Shown: in pieces, positions 44,094 through 54,117 of the stretch
How the letters are laid out: each line of letters starts with the position of its first letter
How positions within the stretch are numbered: the stretch's first letter is position 1
Origin: Candidatus Latescibacterota bacterium
Lineage (GTDB): Bacteria; Latescibacterota; UBA2968; GCA-2709665
Assembly: GCA_965248435.1 (NCBI GenBank)
Contig: OZ252100.1
Span: 4,352,001 to 4,416,000, forward strand
Reading direction: 5' to 3'
DNA: 64,000 nt
Program-made: the position numbers and the translations under genes
Notes under the pieces: model-generated
The model's input: only the letters and a program-made list of their open reading frames with translations
Databases searched by the model: none
Told to the model about the DNA's origin: nothing

Positions 44094-44774
44094 ATGATTC
44101 CTATTAAGGACGAGAACCCAACGCGGCACGCGCCGATCCTTACCGTTTCGATTTTGTGCGCAAACGTTGCCGTTTTCCTCTACGCGGCCTCACTCGGCCA
44201 TACCGGTTTTGATGCCTTTACGATGCAGTTCGGGCTCATTCCTTTTGAAGTCACACATTTTACCGATGCCATTTCTCCTACGCCGGTCCCACTCTATCTA
44301 ACGCTTGTGACTTCGATGTTCATGCACGGGGGTTGGATGCACCTGGGTGGCAATATGTTGTATCTCTGGATCTTCGGGAACAACGTGGAGGATGTCTTCG
44401 GTCATTTTCGCTTCCTGATCTTCTATCTCTTTTGTGGTACGATTGCCACGCTGGGCCACGTCGCGACAAGCCCTGACTCCGCGATTCCCCTCGTCGGTGC
44501 GAGCGGCGCCATCGCAGGCGTGCTCGGGGCCTACCTGGTCGCGTTTCCAGGGGCTCGGGTGCTCGTCCTGATCCCGATCTTCTTGTTTCAATTGGTGCGC
44601 ATTCCTGCTGCGGTAGTCCTGGGATTGTGGTTTATCATTCAGCTTTTCAATGCATCGACTGAGTCAGGCGGGGCAGGCGGCGGCGTTGCCTGGTATGCGC
44701 ACGTGGTTGGATTCGTCGTGGGATACTTGCTGATGTATCGGAGAAAGAGACAGCGAAGGAATCGGTTCGTTTAA
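44094..44774 (+). CDS. Rhomboid-family intramembrane serine protease
   Basis: MIPIKDENP, HGGWMHLGGNM, GASG, AHVVGF. Confidence 0.94.
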   Translation: MIPIKDENPTRHAPILTVSILCANVAVFLYAASLGHTGFDAFTMQFGLIPFEVTHFTDAISPTPVPLYLTLVTSMFMHGGWMHLGGNMLYLWIFGNNVEDVFGHFRFLIFYLFCGTIATLGHVATSPDSAIPLVGASGAIAGVLGAYLVAFPGARVLVLIPIFLFQLVRIPAAVVLGLWFIIQLFNASTESGGAGGGVAWYAHVVGFVVGYLLMYRRKRQRRNRFV

Positions 44775-44778
44775 AACC

Positions 44779-44922
44779 CGTGGATCGTCGTTCGTGGATC
44801 GCGGAGAAAGCTGGATCACGAAAAGAGGCACGAAAGTCAACGAAAATACACGAAGCCCCGCACCGGCCTGAGGCTAGAGTCGTGTAATATCTAATATCAG
44901 GATACGTGTATCAGGATACGTG
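44779..44922. repeat. Mixed 7-mer arrays including an exact 14-bp tandem duplication
   Basis: cgtggat-cgtcgtt-cgtggat; cacgaa units; tatcaggatacgtg x2 (44895-44922). Confidence 0.75.
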
Positions 44923-44935
44923 TTTTTGGACATAC

Positions 44936-44978
44936 GAAACGGTCACCCCGGATGGTCATGAGGTGACCGTTTCTTTTT
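44936..44978. terminator. Terminator between convergent rhomboid and DUF2723 genes
   Basis: gaaacggtcacc...ggtgaccgtttc followed by T5. Confidence 0.8.
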
Positions 44979-44999
44979 CAAGCGTGTATGTGGAGCCCG

Positions 45000-47360
45000 T
45001 CAGTTCTGGAGGTTTTTGTTCGACTTCCAGATAGTGAGAATTTTTTGGATGTCTTCGCGCCGTTCCGCTCGTGGATTCGTCCGAATAAGGGCCTCCATGG
45101 ACACCATGGCGCTGTCCGTCTTTCCGGCTTCTGCATAGGCTCCCGCGATCTCTCTATACCGGTTTGCAAGAAGGTCCCACGCCTCCGATGGATCCATGAC
45201 GCTGGGCGGGACGAGCATCTCGGCACGCTGGAGCGAACCGAACGCATTCGCAAGCTCACCCCTCAGGAGATAGGCTCTTATCAGCCCGTCGAACAGGACG
45301 AGGTAGTTGCCGAGCAGGCGTCGAGCAACTGGATCTTTATAGACCGTGCTGTCTGCGATGTTTCTGTATCGATAGTCGTGGAGGAGGTTCTGGTCTGTGC
45401 GTTCGAGGCTGAACTGTCCCATGGATCGATTTTTCACGAGACGGTAGGCCATCCCCTCCATGGAGAGGTAGGGCCTGAGTCCAGCTACATTGCTCGTGGG
45501 GACGGTTACCGCGAAGTAGACGGGACGCTCCCAATTGTTCTGGCTGATGACCAGCCAGATCATTCGAGTATGCGTCTCAACGACGGATACACGTTGATCC
45601 GATTCTCCGGTGGGGTACTCGGCAATAGGGACATCGTCGGCCTTAACGGTGAGTCCCGCAAAATTCACATCTCGAGGCCTCCAAAGTCGGGCCGAGGCTT
45701 CGTGCTCGATCTGTTCGTGACTCAGCCCGAGCGGAATGCTGGGTTCGAGGTCCTGGAGCTGCTTGACGTACCAGGAAGTCTTAATCAGACTCAGGTTCGT
45801 GACGCGGACGTCTGTTCGGAACCCCTTGACATATTGCAGAAACCAGAGCGGGTAGGTATCGTTGTCACCGTTCGTGAACAGAATTGCGTTGGGCTCGCAA
45901 CTATGCAGAATATTGTAGGCATAGTCGTGGGCGAGGTAGCTTCGCGATCGATCGTGAGAAAAATAGTTCTTGGCCAGGATGCCGAAAGGCACAAGAAGGG
46001 TAACAAGCGCTACAATGACAGCCTTTTGAAGGGGTCTTGCCATAGAGGCGACCGCGCAAATGAGCCCCGCTGCCCCGATGCCCATCCAGCATCCGAAGAA
46101 GGTGTAGGCTCCGACAAAGATATACTCACGTTCCCTGGGTTCCGGATCGGGCATGTTAAGGTAGAGGACGAGCCCAAGGCCCATCAAGACGAACATGGAA
46201 AAGACCGCGGCGAACTGCTTCCAGTCTCGCTGGAGGTGATAATAAGCCCCTCCAATCCCCAACATCAGGGGAATCAGGGAAAACCTGATCTTTTCGTAAT
46301 CCGCGGAGGCATGTACAGCGCGTCTGAAGACACCTGTAATTTCTCCGAAGTGGGGGAACTGCTGGAGGAAGTATTTTAAATGGATGTTCAGTTGAAATGC
46401 CCAGGGTTCCCCGCGCCTCGGGAATAACGAGTGGGTACCGTACTGCTGCCGGCTGAGAAAGTCCTTGAAGTTCTTCCACGTCTCCGGGTTGTTCATGTCG
46501 ATGGCGGGGTCCAGCCCAGAGCGTATGACCAGCGCGTAGTAGGTCGAATAGCCGAGCACGGCCAGCACGAGCGCCCAGACCCAGAACACCGGATTACGCC
46601 ACGCCGGGCGGAGGTAGATCAGGCCAACGAGGACTGCTGCGGTCATGACCGCAGATAGCCAGAACGGTAGGAGGATGGCCAGGAAGGGGTAGCAGATGAG
46701 GGCGGTTACCGTCCACGTCTGTTCGCGGATTGGCCTGTCTTCCATCAGGTCGGTGAAAACGAGGATTAGAATCCCCGGGACCGTCAGGAGACACTGCAGG
46801 TGAACGCCCGCGCCCAAGCCGAAGAGATAGGCAATCAGGAGGAGCTGACGGTCGCTGCGCTCATCCCTGTAGGCTTCGTCCCATCTCAGCGCGAGCCAAA
46901 AGGCAAAAAGCGTGAAGCACATGGATAGGGCGTAAACTTCCGCTTCGGTCGCGTTGCCCCAGAACGAGGTAGAGAAGGCGACGCTGAGCGCGGCGACGGA
47001 GCCGCCGGTCAGGATCGCCAGTTGTTCTACGGGGTTTTTGGGATCGAGCCAATTCCGGAGCAGTCTGACCACACACAGATAGACCAGGAGTACGGTTGTC
47101 GCGGCAGAGAGGACAGAGAGGCAGTTGACACGGAATGCGATCTCCTCCGAGAGGGGGAGCATCGAAAAAATTCGGCCCAAAAGGGTGTAAAATGGAGCAC
47201 CGGGAGGATGTGGCACACCAAGCATGTAGGACGTCGCGATGAATTCACCCGCATCCCAAAACGAGACCGTTGGGGCAACAGTCTTAATATAGACGAGAAG
47301 TGCAAAGAGGAACACGATGGCGGCAACGATGCGATTTCGTTGCCCGAAAGGGTCGATCAC
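45000..47360 (-). CDS. DUF2723 (TMEM260-like) GT-C membrane glycosyltransferase with C-terminal TPR-like helices (start GTG 47360)
   Basis: SFWDAGEFI..LGVPHPPG, EAEVY, REREY, FTNGDNDTYPLW. GTGA overlap with the upstream stop. Confidence 0.9.
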   Translation of the reverse strand: MIDPFGQRNRIVAAIVFLFALLVYIKTVAPTVSFWDAGEFIATSYMLGVPHPPGAPFYTLLGRIFSMLPLSEEIAFRVNCLSVLSAATTVLLVYLCVVRLLRNWLDPKNPVEQLAILTGGSVAALSVAFSTSFWGNATEAEVYALSMCFTLFAFWLALRWDEAYRDERSDRQLLLIAYLFGLGAGVHLQCLLTVPGILILVFTDLMEDRPIREQTWTVTALICYPFLAILLPFWLSAVMTAAVLVGLIYLRPAWRNPVFWVWALVLAVLGYSTYYALVIRSGLDPAIDMNNPETWKNFKDFLSRQQYGTHSLFPRRGEPWAFQLNIHLKYFLQQFPHFGEITGVFRRAVHASADYEKIRFSLIPLMLGIGGAYYHLQRDWKQFAAVFSMFVLMGLGLVLYLNMPDPEPREREYIFVGAYTFFGCWMGIGAAGLICAVASMARPLQKAVIVALVTLLVPFGILAKNYFSHDRSRSYLAHDYAYNILHSCEPNAILFTNGDNDTYPLWFLQYVKGFRTDVRVTNLSLIKTSWYVKQLQDLEPSIPLGLSHEQIEHEASARLWRPRDVNFAGLTVKADDVPIAEYPTGESDQRVSVVETHTRMIWLVISQNNWERPVYFAVTVPTSNVAGLRPYLSMEGMAYRLVKNRSMGQFSLERTDQNLLHDYRYRNIADSTVYKDPVARRLLGNYLVLFDGLIRAYLLRGELANAFGSLQRAEMLVPPSVMDPSEAWDLLANRYREIAGAYAEAGKTDSAMVSMEALIRTNPRAERREDIQKILTIWKSNKNLQN

Positions 47361-48403
47361 GCTCGGGACCTCAGATAGATTGGGTTCGTGAAGATCCACG
47401 GCTTGTCGTGGATCTTCGCCTCCATTCGGTAGACGCCTGGGGAATTTGCACGGAATTCGATCTGCTTCGCTGTGTGTAACGCGACCTGGTGGCCATCGCA
47501 CAGGATCCTGATCTCTGCCTCTTCGGGGACTTCAGCGGACAGTTCAATCACAGCTGAGAACTCAGCTTCGTCTCCCATAACGAGACGCCCGTCTGCGGAT
47601 CCGAACCAGGTCCCCGTGGCGTCTTGAATGAGGTCGTAGGAGATAAAGCAATGTCCTTCACCCATCGCCTGGATGAGCAGGGAACGATCATTGGTAAAGG
47701 AACGGTTGAAGGGTTGACGTGTCAGCACGTGGGTACGTACGGTCCGGAAGAGATCCTGGTAGGGAAAAACCACAAAAGGCAGGAGTGGGATTCGCCGAGC
47801 GTGTGCGTCTACACCACCGATACAGACGACGCGTGTCGTTTTACAGAGTTGGTCCCATTTGCGGAGCGTCTGGTCAAAGGGACCCTTTATCTGCGCACCG
47901 GGGTCACGGTAATGCCTGTGCCCCCTGAAGTAGCGAAATCCGCTGGCCCAATCGAACATGTAGGACCAAAGCTCCAGGCCTGTGTAGGAGTTTACCGCCC
48001 AGTCTCCCCAGGAATGGTCCCGCTTCCGGAACAGGGGGCGGTAGACGCCGTGCGGATGGGCGAGGAACGCCAACCCCCTCTGCGACACGATGTCTTCGAT
48101 GATGGCCCCTAGAGGCTGCTCGGCATCGACGGACCGAGAGGTCCCGATCGCGAGACAGTCGCCGTCTCGGTTGGACACCTCTTCGCCTACAACAAGGAGT
48201 TGGCCTCCGTGCCATCCCTCCCACCCCTCTTCCTTCGCCTTCAGAGTGTTGTGATCCGTAAGTACGAGAAAGTCGAGGTTGGCGCCATCCGCGGCTTCGA
48301 GAATCTGAGGGACTTTTCCCGATCCATCCGAAAAGGTGGAATGGATATGGATGGCCCCGATATACTCGGAAAACGGACGGTTCTTTTTAGATGTGGAGAG
48401 CAA
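47357..48403 (-). CDS. PHP-domain (CehA/McbA-like) metallohydrolase
   Basis: HIHSTFSDG, TDHN, AHP, GGVDAH, FTNPI. Confidence 0.88.
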   Translation of the reverse strand: MLSTSKKNRPFSEYIGAIHIHSTFSDGSGKVPQILEAADGANLDFLVLTDHNTLKAKEEGWEGWHGGQLLVVGEEVSNRDGDCLAIGTSRSVDAEQPLGAIIEDIVSQRGLAFLAHPHGVYRPLFRKRDHSWGDWAVNSYTGLELWSYMFDWASGFRYFRGHRHYRDPGAQIKGPFDQTLRKWDQLCKTTRVVCIGGVDAHARRIPLLPFVVFPYQDLFRTVRTHVLTRQPFNRSFTNDRSLLIQAMGEGHCFISYDLIQDATGTWFGSADGRLVMGDEAEFSAVIELSAEVPEEAEIRILCDGHQVALHTAKQIEFRANSPGVYRMEAKIHDKPWIFTNPIYLRSRA

Positions 48404-48454
48404 AGTATAGATAGAGAGGCCGGAATAGGTCTGTCTCCGGTCCCATGCCTGACT

Positions 48455-48703
48455 TCATTCTTCCAGTTCTTCTGGGCCGTAGATCCGGATAGACTCGAAC
48501 TGCTGCTCAAATTTCATGTAGTAGACCGTGTTGCCCTTGAGCACCCAGGCGATGCTGCCGGAACCTGTAATCATCGCCGGAGGCATGGGTATTTCTTCCT
48601 CCGCATACGCCGTCCCTGGTTTCATCAGGGGCGCGAGCAGGTTGGCTGCGAGCAGGAGTGCGACAAGTGTGAGCATGACCTTTGTATACCTATTGCCTTT
48701 CAT
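48455..48703 (-). CDS. Small secreted or membrane-anchored hypothetical protein
   Basis: SD AAAGGAGG; N-terminal hydrophobic helix ending AYA. Confidence 0.75.
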   Translation of the reverse strand: MKGNRYTKVMLTLVALLLAANLLAPLMKPGTAYAEEEIPMPPAMITGSGSIAWVLKGNTVYYMKFEQQFESIRIYGPEELEE

Positions 48704-48919
48704 AACGGCGATCCTCCTTTGAAGAAGCCTTTCTAGAACTCGATTCCGCGGTCGGACAGCCGGTACCGGGAACCAGGCCTACGGAAGTCCAATAATGTAA
48801 CGGTTCTAGGACCCTCAGTCAAGCGCAAACCCGGCAGACAAAGCTCGCAACTTACAGAAAAACAGAAACTAAGATACATGCCGCGCTTCGCCAGCCATCG
48901 AAACGGTGAATGGACAGGT

Positions 48920-48960
48920 AAAAAAAGGCCACGGCCCTCAAACTTTCAGGCCGTGGCCTT
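48920..48960 (-). terminator. Intrinsic terminator of the rpoD-like gene
   Basis: aaggccacggcc...ggccgtggcctt stem with T7 on the minus strand. Confidence 0.88.
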
Positions 48961-48983
48961 CCTCTTTCTGGTAATATGGTCGC

Positions 48984-49841
48984 CTAATGTAGGTAGGATT
49001 TGAGCGGGCGGCTGCGGGAGGTGTGTCGCAGCCGTCTTATGGCCTTTTCCTTAATTTGGCGAACCCTTTCCCGAGTTAGGCCAAAGCGCTCCCCGATCTC
49101 CTCCAGAGTCAGGGGCTGCTCTCGACTTATCCCGAAGTACAGGCTGATCACTTCGGCTTCCCGTGGCGTGAGGGTTGCAAGGGCTTTTTCGATCTCCCGT
49201 CGAAGGGAGTCGTCCATCATGGATTCATCGGGTGGTGCCTGCTCCTGATCCTCAAGCACATCGAGCAGGCTGTTATCCTCACCGTCGTTGAACGGAGCGT
49301 CGAGAGAGAGATGGCGGCTGGATATTTTCAAGGTGTCCATCACCTCAAAGTCGCTCATGTCGAGCTCATCCGCAATCTCACTGGGGCTAGGTTCTCGCCC
49401 GAACTCCTGTTCAAGTCCGCTTGAGGCCTTGCCGATCTTGTGCAACGCCCCGACGCGATTGAGCGGTAAGCGAACGATTCGGGACTGCTCGGCCAAGGCC
49501 TGCAAAATGGCTTGGCGAATCCACCAGACGGCATACGAAATGAATTTGAAGCCCTTGGTTTCGTCGAAGCGTTTGGCTGCCTTGATCAGACCAAGATTCC
49601 CTTCGTTGATCAGGTCTCCCATCGAGAGTCCTTGGTTCTGGTATTGTTTTGCCACGCTAACGACAAACCTCAAGTTTGCTTTTGTTAACCTTTCCAACGC
49701 ATCCTGGTCACCCTTTTTAATCCTTTTGGCAAGGGTGACTTCCTCAGCTGCCGTGAGAAGGTTTACTACGCCGATCTCCTGAAGATATTGATCGAGCGAT
49801 TCGTCTTCACGCGCATATGGCCGTTTTGCTAGTTTAGACAC
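48984..49841 (-). CDS. rpoD: RpoD/SigA-family sigma factor, short form lacking region 1.1
   Basis: [43 protein letters not shown]. Confidence 0.93.
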   Translation of the reverse strand: MSKLAKRPYAREDESLDQYLQEIGVVNLLTAAEEVTLAKRIKKGDQDALERLTKANLRFVVSVAKQYQNQGLSMGDLINEGNLGLIKAAKRFDETKGFKFISYAVWWIRQAILQALAEQSRIVRLPLNRVGALHKIGKASSGLEQEFGREPSPSEIADELDMSDFEVMDTLKISSRHLSLDAPFNDGEDNSLLDVLEDQEQAPPDESMMDDSLRREIEKALATLTPREAEVISLYFGISREQPLTLEEIGERFGLTRERVRQIKEKAIRRLRHTSRSRPLKSYLH

Positions 49842-50043
49842 TCGTCAGCCTCTCCTTGCACTGGGAGGGTAGTGCGGTTGACTGGAGGGTCGGAAGGCGT
49901 TCTTCGCGGGAGATCCGAACCTCCGGGTGGTTTCGACTGTCGCAGTGAACTAAGGGTGGGTGTTGTGAGACTCGGGAAAAACGTGCTACATTGGCCGACC
50001 TCCTTTAGGGTTGGGAGTGAAGGCTTCGGTGGGGTACCGAAGC
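49842..50043 (-). promoter_or_regulatory. Structured 5' leader of the sigma gene with an SD-ATG-TAG mini-ORF
   Basis: Minus strand AAAGGAGGT-6 nt-ATGTAG (50006-49986); stems ggaggttcgga/tccgaccctcc and gcact/agtgc. Confidence 0.5.
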
Positions 50044-51437
50044 TACTTTTTTGCTGGGCGCAGGGCGACGAACCGTGTGACGCCCTCATCCCTTTTCAGA
50101 ACCAGAAAGAGCGCAGGTTTCGACTGAGCCATTGCCTTTCGGAGGATCTTCCTATACTCACGCGTATTCCAAAGCGGGATCTCGTTGATTTCGAGGATGA
50201 CGTCTCCTCTAACGATTCCTCTTTCCTCGGCGATCCCTCCAGGGGTCAGATAGCTGACGACTACACCCTGACCCGTTCTTGCTACTCTCAACCTTTGTCC
50301 CTCGATGCCCGAGCGGTTCTCAACCTCTAATCCTGGCCAGCCGCTGTCTCGGGGTGAGGGGGCAGGAGAAACCGGGCCCTGTCCCGTCGAAGGTCTCCGC
50401 CCAAGCAAGACAGGAAGGGTCTGGGCCGCTCCATTTCGAAGGATCGATAATTGGACTTCCGACCCTGGACGCTGATTCGAGACCATCGTTAGAAATCCAG
50501 CAGTGTTTAAAACAGACCTGCCGGAAATCTTCAATATTACGTCCCCGCGAACCAGCCCACCGTGTTCTGCCGGACTGTCTGGTTCAACCTCGCCCACGAG
50601 CACACCCCCCGAGGGGGAGATCCTCAAGGCCTCAGAGAGGTCCCGAGTGAGATCCTGAGGATAAACCCCCAAGTAGCCTCTTACTACTTTTCCGTGGCTT
50701 CGAAGTTCGCCGACGACTCTTCCCGCAAGATTGATCGGGATAGCAAACCCGATGCCGGGCGCAGCAGGGTTGTAGGCGGTGTTTATCCCGACCACCTGTC
50801 CATTCATGTTTACAAGGGGTCCGCCGCTGTTTCCCGGATTGATCGAGGCGTCGGTCTGGAGAAAGTCTTGGAAAGAGGGGGGCGCGACATCGCCCTCGAT
50901 CGTGTCCAGCCGGCGTCCTTTTGCACTGATAACACCCACACTGACCGTATGATTCAAACCGAAAGGACTTCCTACCGCCATCACCCAGTCACCGACTTGG
51001 ACAGAATCAGAATCGCCGAGGTGTGCAACATTGTGCGCGTCGATCCGGTCGTCAGCAATCGCCCGGATCAGGCTCAAATCCGTTTCCGGATCTTGTCCTA
51101 CGATTTCCGCCGGAAAGTTTCTCCCGTCGGAAAGGGTTACTTGTATTCGAAGAGCCTCGTCGACCACGTGATTGTTGGTGAGGATATGCCCCTGTCGGTC
51201 GATAATGAGGCCCGAGCCGTAGTACCGAGGGGCGGGGCTACGCCGCTTCCGAGCACGGTCGATCTCGTATCCGCGTGCCTTGCTGATCGTGATACCTACG
51301 ACGGCCGCTCGCACCTTTTGTGCGACTTGAACAAAAGGGCTCGGGTTCCCCGTGGGTACCGCCGGGGGCGCTTCGGCCTGAGCCGTCCCGAAAGCCAGAG
51401 AAAGCCAAGCGACGACGAGGAGACGCGGGGTCGACAT
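50043..51437 (-). CDS. Do/DegP (HtrA) serine endoprotease with two PDZ domains
   Basis: Signal peptide, LTNNHVV, DPETDL, QTDASINPGNSGG. Confidence 0.95.
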   Translation of the reverse strand: MSTPRLLVVAWLSLAFGTAQAEAPPAVPTGNPSPFVQVAQKVRAAVVGITISKARGYEIDRARKRRSPAPRYYGSGLIIDRQGHILTNNHVVDEALRIQVTLSDGRNFPAEIVGQDPETDLSLIRAIADDRIDAHNVAHLGDSDSVQVGDWVMAVGSPFGLNHTVSVGVISAKGRRLDTIEGDVAPPSFQDFLQTDASINPGNSGGPLVNMNGQVVGINTAYNPAAPGIGFAIPINLAGRVVGELRSHGKVVRGYLGVYPQDLTRDLSEALRISPSGGVLVGEVEPDSPAEHGGLVRGDVILKISGRSVLNTAGFLTMVSNQRPGSEVQLSILRNGAAQTLPVLLGRRPSTGQGPVSPAPSPRDSGWPGLEVENRSGIEGQRLRVARTGQGVVVSYLTPGGIAEERGIVRGDVILEINEIPLWNTREYRKILRKAMAQSKPALFLVLKRDEGVTRFVALRPAKK

Positions 51438-51463
51438 GCCTTTGATCCCTAGGCACCCTTCGC

Positions 51464-51781
51464 CTAGGCCCCTTTCTCCCCTCCCTTTAGCGTCTCGAGT
51501 CTTGCCTCCCGCTCTTTGAGGACGGCGTCCAGTTCCTTCAGTTTTTGCAGAATCGTCTTCACGTCCTCCTTCTGAGCGATGCCGGCCTTCTGGTTCTGGT
51601 CTAGGTGGTCGTAGACCGCACCTCCCAGCTCCGCGAATTTCTCGTGGATCGTGTGCCTTGTCTCCGCGACGTCGAGGTGTGCTCGCCCCAACCTGCCGAG
51701 CTGCTCAGCTTTGTCGACGGCCGCGGATGCGCTTTCCAGAATGCCTTTCTTGATCCGGTCCCAAAGTGCTTCTGGTTCCAT
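51464..51781 (-). CDS. Hypothetical coiled-coil protein
   Basis: SD GGAAGGTGAGG; helical 105-aa ORF in the same operon direction. Confidence 0.75.
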   Translation of the reverse strand: MEPEALWDRIKKGILESASAAVDKAEQLGRLGRAHLDVAETRHTIHEKFAELGGAVYDHLDQNQKAGIAQKEDVKTILQKLKELDAVLKEREARLETLKGGEKGA

Positions 51782-51810
51782 TGCCTCACCTTCCGTTGCG
51801 ACCGAAAGAG

Positions 51811-52260
51811 TCAGCCGGGTGAGCCAGGGACTCCGAACCCCGCATTCCGAAGCTCCTGGATGAGCAGTTCACGATTTGCACGCGAGACCTCTCGGCCCTG
51901 AATCGAGAGGTTCGAGGTTTTCCTGGCTAGTCGGCGAAGTTGGGGTACAGAAAGGGATTCAAGGTCAAGCTGTGGGTTGGCCTCGTTGTTCAGGCCAAAC
52001 ATATCGACCAACTGCGGGTGAGGATTCGGGATGACGTGACTGGCCACGAGATTTCCCACGTTCTGGGCCGCACGAGATCCTGCCTCTACTGCCGCATTCA
52101 CGGCGCCCACATCGCCTAGGATCTGAATGGAGACCAATCCCCCGTCGGCCGATTCGAATGCGCATACTTCCACCGCCGCGGCCTTGGCCGCGGCGTCGGC
52201 AGCCTCGACCACACCCACGAAGCCCAACAATTCAATCAGACCCAGCGCCTTCTGGCTCAT
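51811..52260 (-). CDS. BMC hexamer shell protein with a C-terminal extension domain (start 52260)
   Basis: ALGLIE..AADAAAKAA, GDVGAVNAAV, HVIPNPH, plus a ~55-aa helical tail. Confidence 0.9.
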   Translation of the reverse strand: MSQKALGLIELLGFVGVVEAADAAAKAAAVEVCAFESADGGLVSIQILGDVGAVNAAVEAGSRAAQNVGNLVASHVIPNPHPQLVDMFGLNNEANPQLDLESLSVPQLRRLARKTSNLSIQGREVSRANRELLIQELRNAGFGVPGSPG

Positions 52261-52656
52261 CGCATAATGCCGTCGACGATCGCAATGCAAAATGAACGAA
52301 AATCGAGCGGCACCCCAGACTACGAACACTTAGCCGGGTTGGCCGCCCGCTATTGTGACACGATGCAGACGTGGATATTTTGGAGAGAAATAGAGGCAAA
52401 TATGGATAGGTGGGTGGGAAAGACTCTGATCAATCTAACGCTGGCGATAACAAGATGTAATAATAACAAAATTCCTCTTCTCTGTCACGCACTTTTTAAC
52501 CGGAAACAAGACCATTTCCCTTGTGTAAGAGAATCTTATGGTTGTTCGGCTTGGGGCCTCAAGGAGTCTTAAATCGACTATCGTCCATAAGGGCGTTCCG
52601 AGTAACAAAATCTTGTGGCAGAGATCCAGAAGACACAAGATCTAGACCGGTTCCAT

Positions 52657-54117
52657 TCAGTCCCTCTGCTCAAAGAAGTCCCCTGCCCAATGGTATCTAC
52701 TGACCCCGTTTGGCGTGCCGAACCAGACATAGCCGCCTTGTAGAAGGATGGCCTGTATCTGATCGTAGATGAGCCCATCCGTAATGTTGAAAGCTCTCCA
52801 GAGGCCGTTTGTGATGTCGAGTCGAAAGGCGCCATCCAGCGTCCCGACCCAGGCACGAGTCGAGTCGGCGGCCAGGGCCACCCTCTGGCTCCCGCCGATT
52901 TCTGACAGTGGAAACCACTGCCATTCGGCACCGGGCTCAGGGAGATGGGCCAGGCCCGGGGGTGTTCTCGAGGCTGCCCACACCCCAGTTTCGTGGATTG
53001 AAAGGCCGACTACAGGATTCCGGGTCAGCTGGTCCGGACCCTGGACCGGTCTCCAGACGACGTCCTCGCGGTCACATTGATAGAGCCCCAGGTCGGTTGC
53101 CGCCCAGATCTGATCCGGTCCGCCGGCAATGGCGCGAATGTCGAATCGTTCGCTCCCTGCCACGGTGCGAACGGTATCTGCCGCGAGATCCAGGACAGCG
53201 AGGCCTGACTCGGTGCCGATCCAGAGCCTTTCTTCATTCCTGAGAAGGGCGGTGACCCGACCGGAACCCCTTCGGCCAAGACGATACGTGATCCAATGTC
53301 CATCTTTTTTGGTAAGTCTCACGAGTCCGGTGGATGTGCCGAACCAGACCTCTGTTTCGTCGGGGAGTATCGTCGAGACGTCCGTGTCGTTCAAGCCGAT
53401 GATATCATCGGGTCTGAAATACTCCCAGGACTCGGTCTGAGGATCGTAGCGGGAAATCCCTTGTTCAGACCTGCGATAGGTGTTCCCCCCCCCAAACCAG
53501 ATTTTCTCCCCGTCGCGCGCGATTGCCGTCACATTTTCCTGGATCGGTCCAAATTGATGGAACTCGAGCTGCCTGTCCGCAAGGTCTGCGCGGCCTACGC
53601 CGAGACCAAACGTCCCCATCCACAGAATTTTCCAGCTGTCGATGAGCACATCCGTTATCGGATACGACCACCTGGGTCCCTGAACGTGATTGGATTCGAG
53701 GTGGTAGCCGAAAGGGGGGAAGATCGGTGGGATGGAAGATCGCAACCTCGGTGGCCGAAGGTGGGCAGGTCTCTCTCCTCCGTAGAGGACTGTCTCAATC
53801 CTTGAAAGCCATCGCCCATTGCCTGTGGGTGTATCAAACCAGAGTTCTCCAGAGTTTCGATCGAATCTCAGGTTCTCCACTCGATTGTCGGGGAGGCCGT
53901 CCAGGGTCGTCAGCGGACTCAGCCAGCGTTCGAAAAAACGGTCATACCGACGAATGCCACCCGTGGTTCCGACGTATATCTTGTCTTCGCCCTCGGCAAA
54001 TGATGTGACCTCATTCATGTTAGTGAAGCTGGTCCAGATCTCTCGATCGTAGGATTGCACGGCGAGAGGGCAAGGAAGGAGAAGACAAGCGGCGAGAGCG
54101 ACAGACCTGAAATTCAT
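52657..54117 (-). CDS. Secreted beta-propeller protein (two-component regulator propeller-like repeats)
   Basis: Signal peptide; repeated xW(F/I)GTxxG blades and DGL motifs; ATGA overlap with the ackA stop. Confidence 0.85.
   Translation of the reverse strand: MNFRSVALAACLLLPCPLAVQSYDREIWTSFTNMNEVTSFAEGEDKIYVGTTGGIRRYDRFFERWLSPLTTLDGLPDNRVENLRFDRNSGELWFDTPTGNGRWLSRIETVLYGGERPAHLRPPRLRSSIPPIFPPFGYHLESNHVQGPRWSYPITDVLIDSWKILWMGTFGLGVGRADLADRQLEFHQFGPIQENVTAIARDGEKIWFGGGNTYRRSEQGISRYDPQTESWEYFRPDDIIGLNDTDVSTILPDETEVWFGTSTGLVRLTKKDGHWITYRLGRRGSGRVTALLRNEERLWIGTESGLAVLDLAADTVRTVAGSERFDIRAIAGGPDQIWAATDLGLYQCDREDVVWRPVQGPDQLTRNPVVGLSIHETGVWAASRTPPGLAHLPEPGAEWQWFPLSEIGGSQRVALAADSTRAWVGTLDGAFRLDITNGLWRAFNITDGLIYDQIQAILLQGGYVWFGTPNGVSRYHWAGDFFEQRD

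Noticed and set aside
44988-46379. 463-aa plus-strand ORF
   Set aside because: Antisense to the DUF2723 gene; no motifs.
49986-50010. 16S rRNA 3'-end fragment
   Set aside because: The match is limited to the 9-nt SD/anti-SD core; no flanking rRNA similarity.
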